A stretch of 64,000 nucleotides of DNA from Macrostomum lignano. Its lineage: Eukaryota. The translations under genes were made by a program, and so were the position numbers. Positions within the stretch are counted from its first letter, which is position 1. Each line of letters starts with the position of its first letter. Where the stretch lies: assembly GCA_002269645.1 (NCBI GenBank), contig NIVC01000027.1:806001-870000 (forward strand). Reading direction: 5' to 3'. The notes beneath the pieces are model-generated. The model did not search any database. It worked only from the letters and a program-made list of their open reading frames with translations, and had not been told where the DNA came from. Below, piece after piece: positions 62,700 through 64,000 of this stretch.

Positions 62700-64000
62700 G
62701 ACAGCTCAGCTTCTCTATTCTCCATCAGATCCCAGCTCAGCTTCTCTCTTCTCCATCAGATCCCAGCTCAGCTTCTCTATTCTCCATCAGATCCCAGCTC
62801 AGCTTCTCTCTTCTCCATCAGATCCCAGCTCAGCTTCTCCATTCTCCATCACATCCCAGCTCAGCTTCTCTATTCTCCATCAGATCCCAGCTCAGCTTCT
62901 CTATTCTCCATCAGATGCCAGCTCAGCTTCTCCATTCTCCATCACATCCCAGCTCAGCTTCTCTATTCTCCATCAGATCCCAGCTCAGCTTCTCTATTCT
63001 CTATCAGATCCCAGCTCAGCTTCTCTATTCTCCATCACATCCCAGCTCAGCTTCTCTATTCTCCATCAGATCCCAGCTCAGCTTCTCTATTCTCCATCAG
63101 ATCCCAGCTCAGCTTCTCTATTCTCTATCAGATCCCAGCTCAGCTTCTCTATTCTCCATCACATCCCAGCTCAGCTTCTCTATTCTCCATCAGATGCCAG
63201 CTCAGCTTCTCCATTCTCCATCACATCCCAGCTCAGCTTCTCTATTCTCCATCAGATCCCAGCTCAGCTTCTCTATTCTCCATCAGATGCCAGCTCAGCT
63301 TCTCCATTCTCCATCACATCCCAGCTCAGCTTCTCTATTCTCCATCAGATCCCAGCTCAGCTTCTCTATTCTCCATCAGATGCCAGCTCAGCTTCTCTAT
63401 TCTCCATCACATCCCAGCTAAGCTTCTCTATTCTCCATCAGATCCCAGCTCAGCTTCTCTATTCTCCATCACATCCCAGCTCAGCTTCTCTATTCTCCAT
63501 CAGATGCCAGCTCAGCTTCTCCATTCTCCATCAGATCCCAGCTCAGCTTCTCTATTCTCTATCAGATCCCAGCTCAGCTTCTCTATTCTCTATCAGATCC
63601 CAGCTCAGCTTCTCCATTTTCCATCAGATCCCAGCTCAGCTTCTCTATTCTCCATCAGATGCCAGCTCAGCTTCTCTATTCTCCATCAGATCCCAGCTCA
63701 GCTTCTCTATTCTCCATCAGATGCCAGCTCAGCTTCTCTATTCTCCATCAGATCCCAGCTCAGCTTCTCTATTCTCCATCACATCCCAGCTCAGCTTCTC
63801 TATTCTCCATCAGATCCCAGCTCAGCTTCTCTATTCTCCATCAGATGCCAGCTCAGCTTCTCCATTCTCCATCACATCCCAGCTCAGCTTCTCTATTCTC
63901 CATCAGATGCCAGCTCAGCTTCTCTATTCTCCATCAGATGCCAGCTCAGCTTCTCTATTCTCCATCAGATGCCAGCTCAGCTTCTCCATTCTCCATCACA
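62700..64000. repeat. 31-bp minisatellite CAGATCCCAGCTCAGCTTCTCTATTCTCCAT, open at window end
   Basis: Direct reading, ~42 units. Confidence 0.97.

Overview
This is eukaryotic (animal-type, TTAGGG) repeat-dense DNA, not prokaryotic. The left 40 kb is one deeply nested transposon pile. The substrate is a decayed Polinton/Maverick (adintovirus-like) endogenous virus. Recognisable remnants are protein-primed PolB, A32-like packaging ATPase, major capsid, penton and two uncharacterised ORFs. It has been cut by a Gypsy element, a near-complete CsRN1-like Gypsy with unusual TA...CA LTRs, two or three solo LTRs, a P-like MITE and a THAP/P-element transposon. The first Gypsy gag is split by a non-autonomous Helitron family on the minus strand. 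This Helitron carries a 23-bp satellite and (TTAGGG)n tracts and has expanded as head-to-tail concatemers, giving the satellite block at 1-22.5 kb. The right 24 kb holds an ankyrin-repeat gene, a Penelope-like element with a hammerhead-like motif, a second inverted penton remnant and a related Helitron with a different minisatellite. It also holds two orphan long ORFs, a Harbinger-like MITE, a PAN+fibrinogen-domain gene, an internally deleted Crypton, a second PAN-like gene and further minisatellites. Most boundaries were fixed by TSDs and by in-frame restoration of the interrupted ORF after removing the insertion by eye. Family assignments rest on remembered motifs, not database searches.
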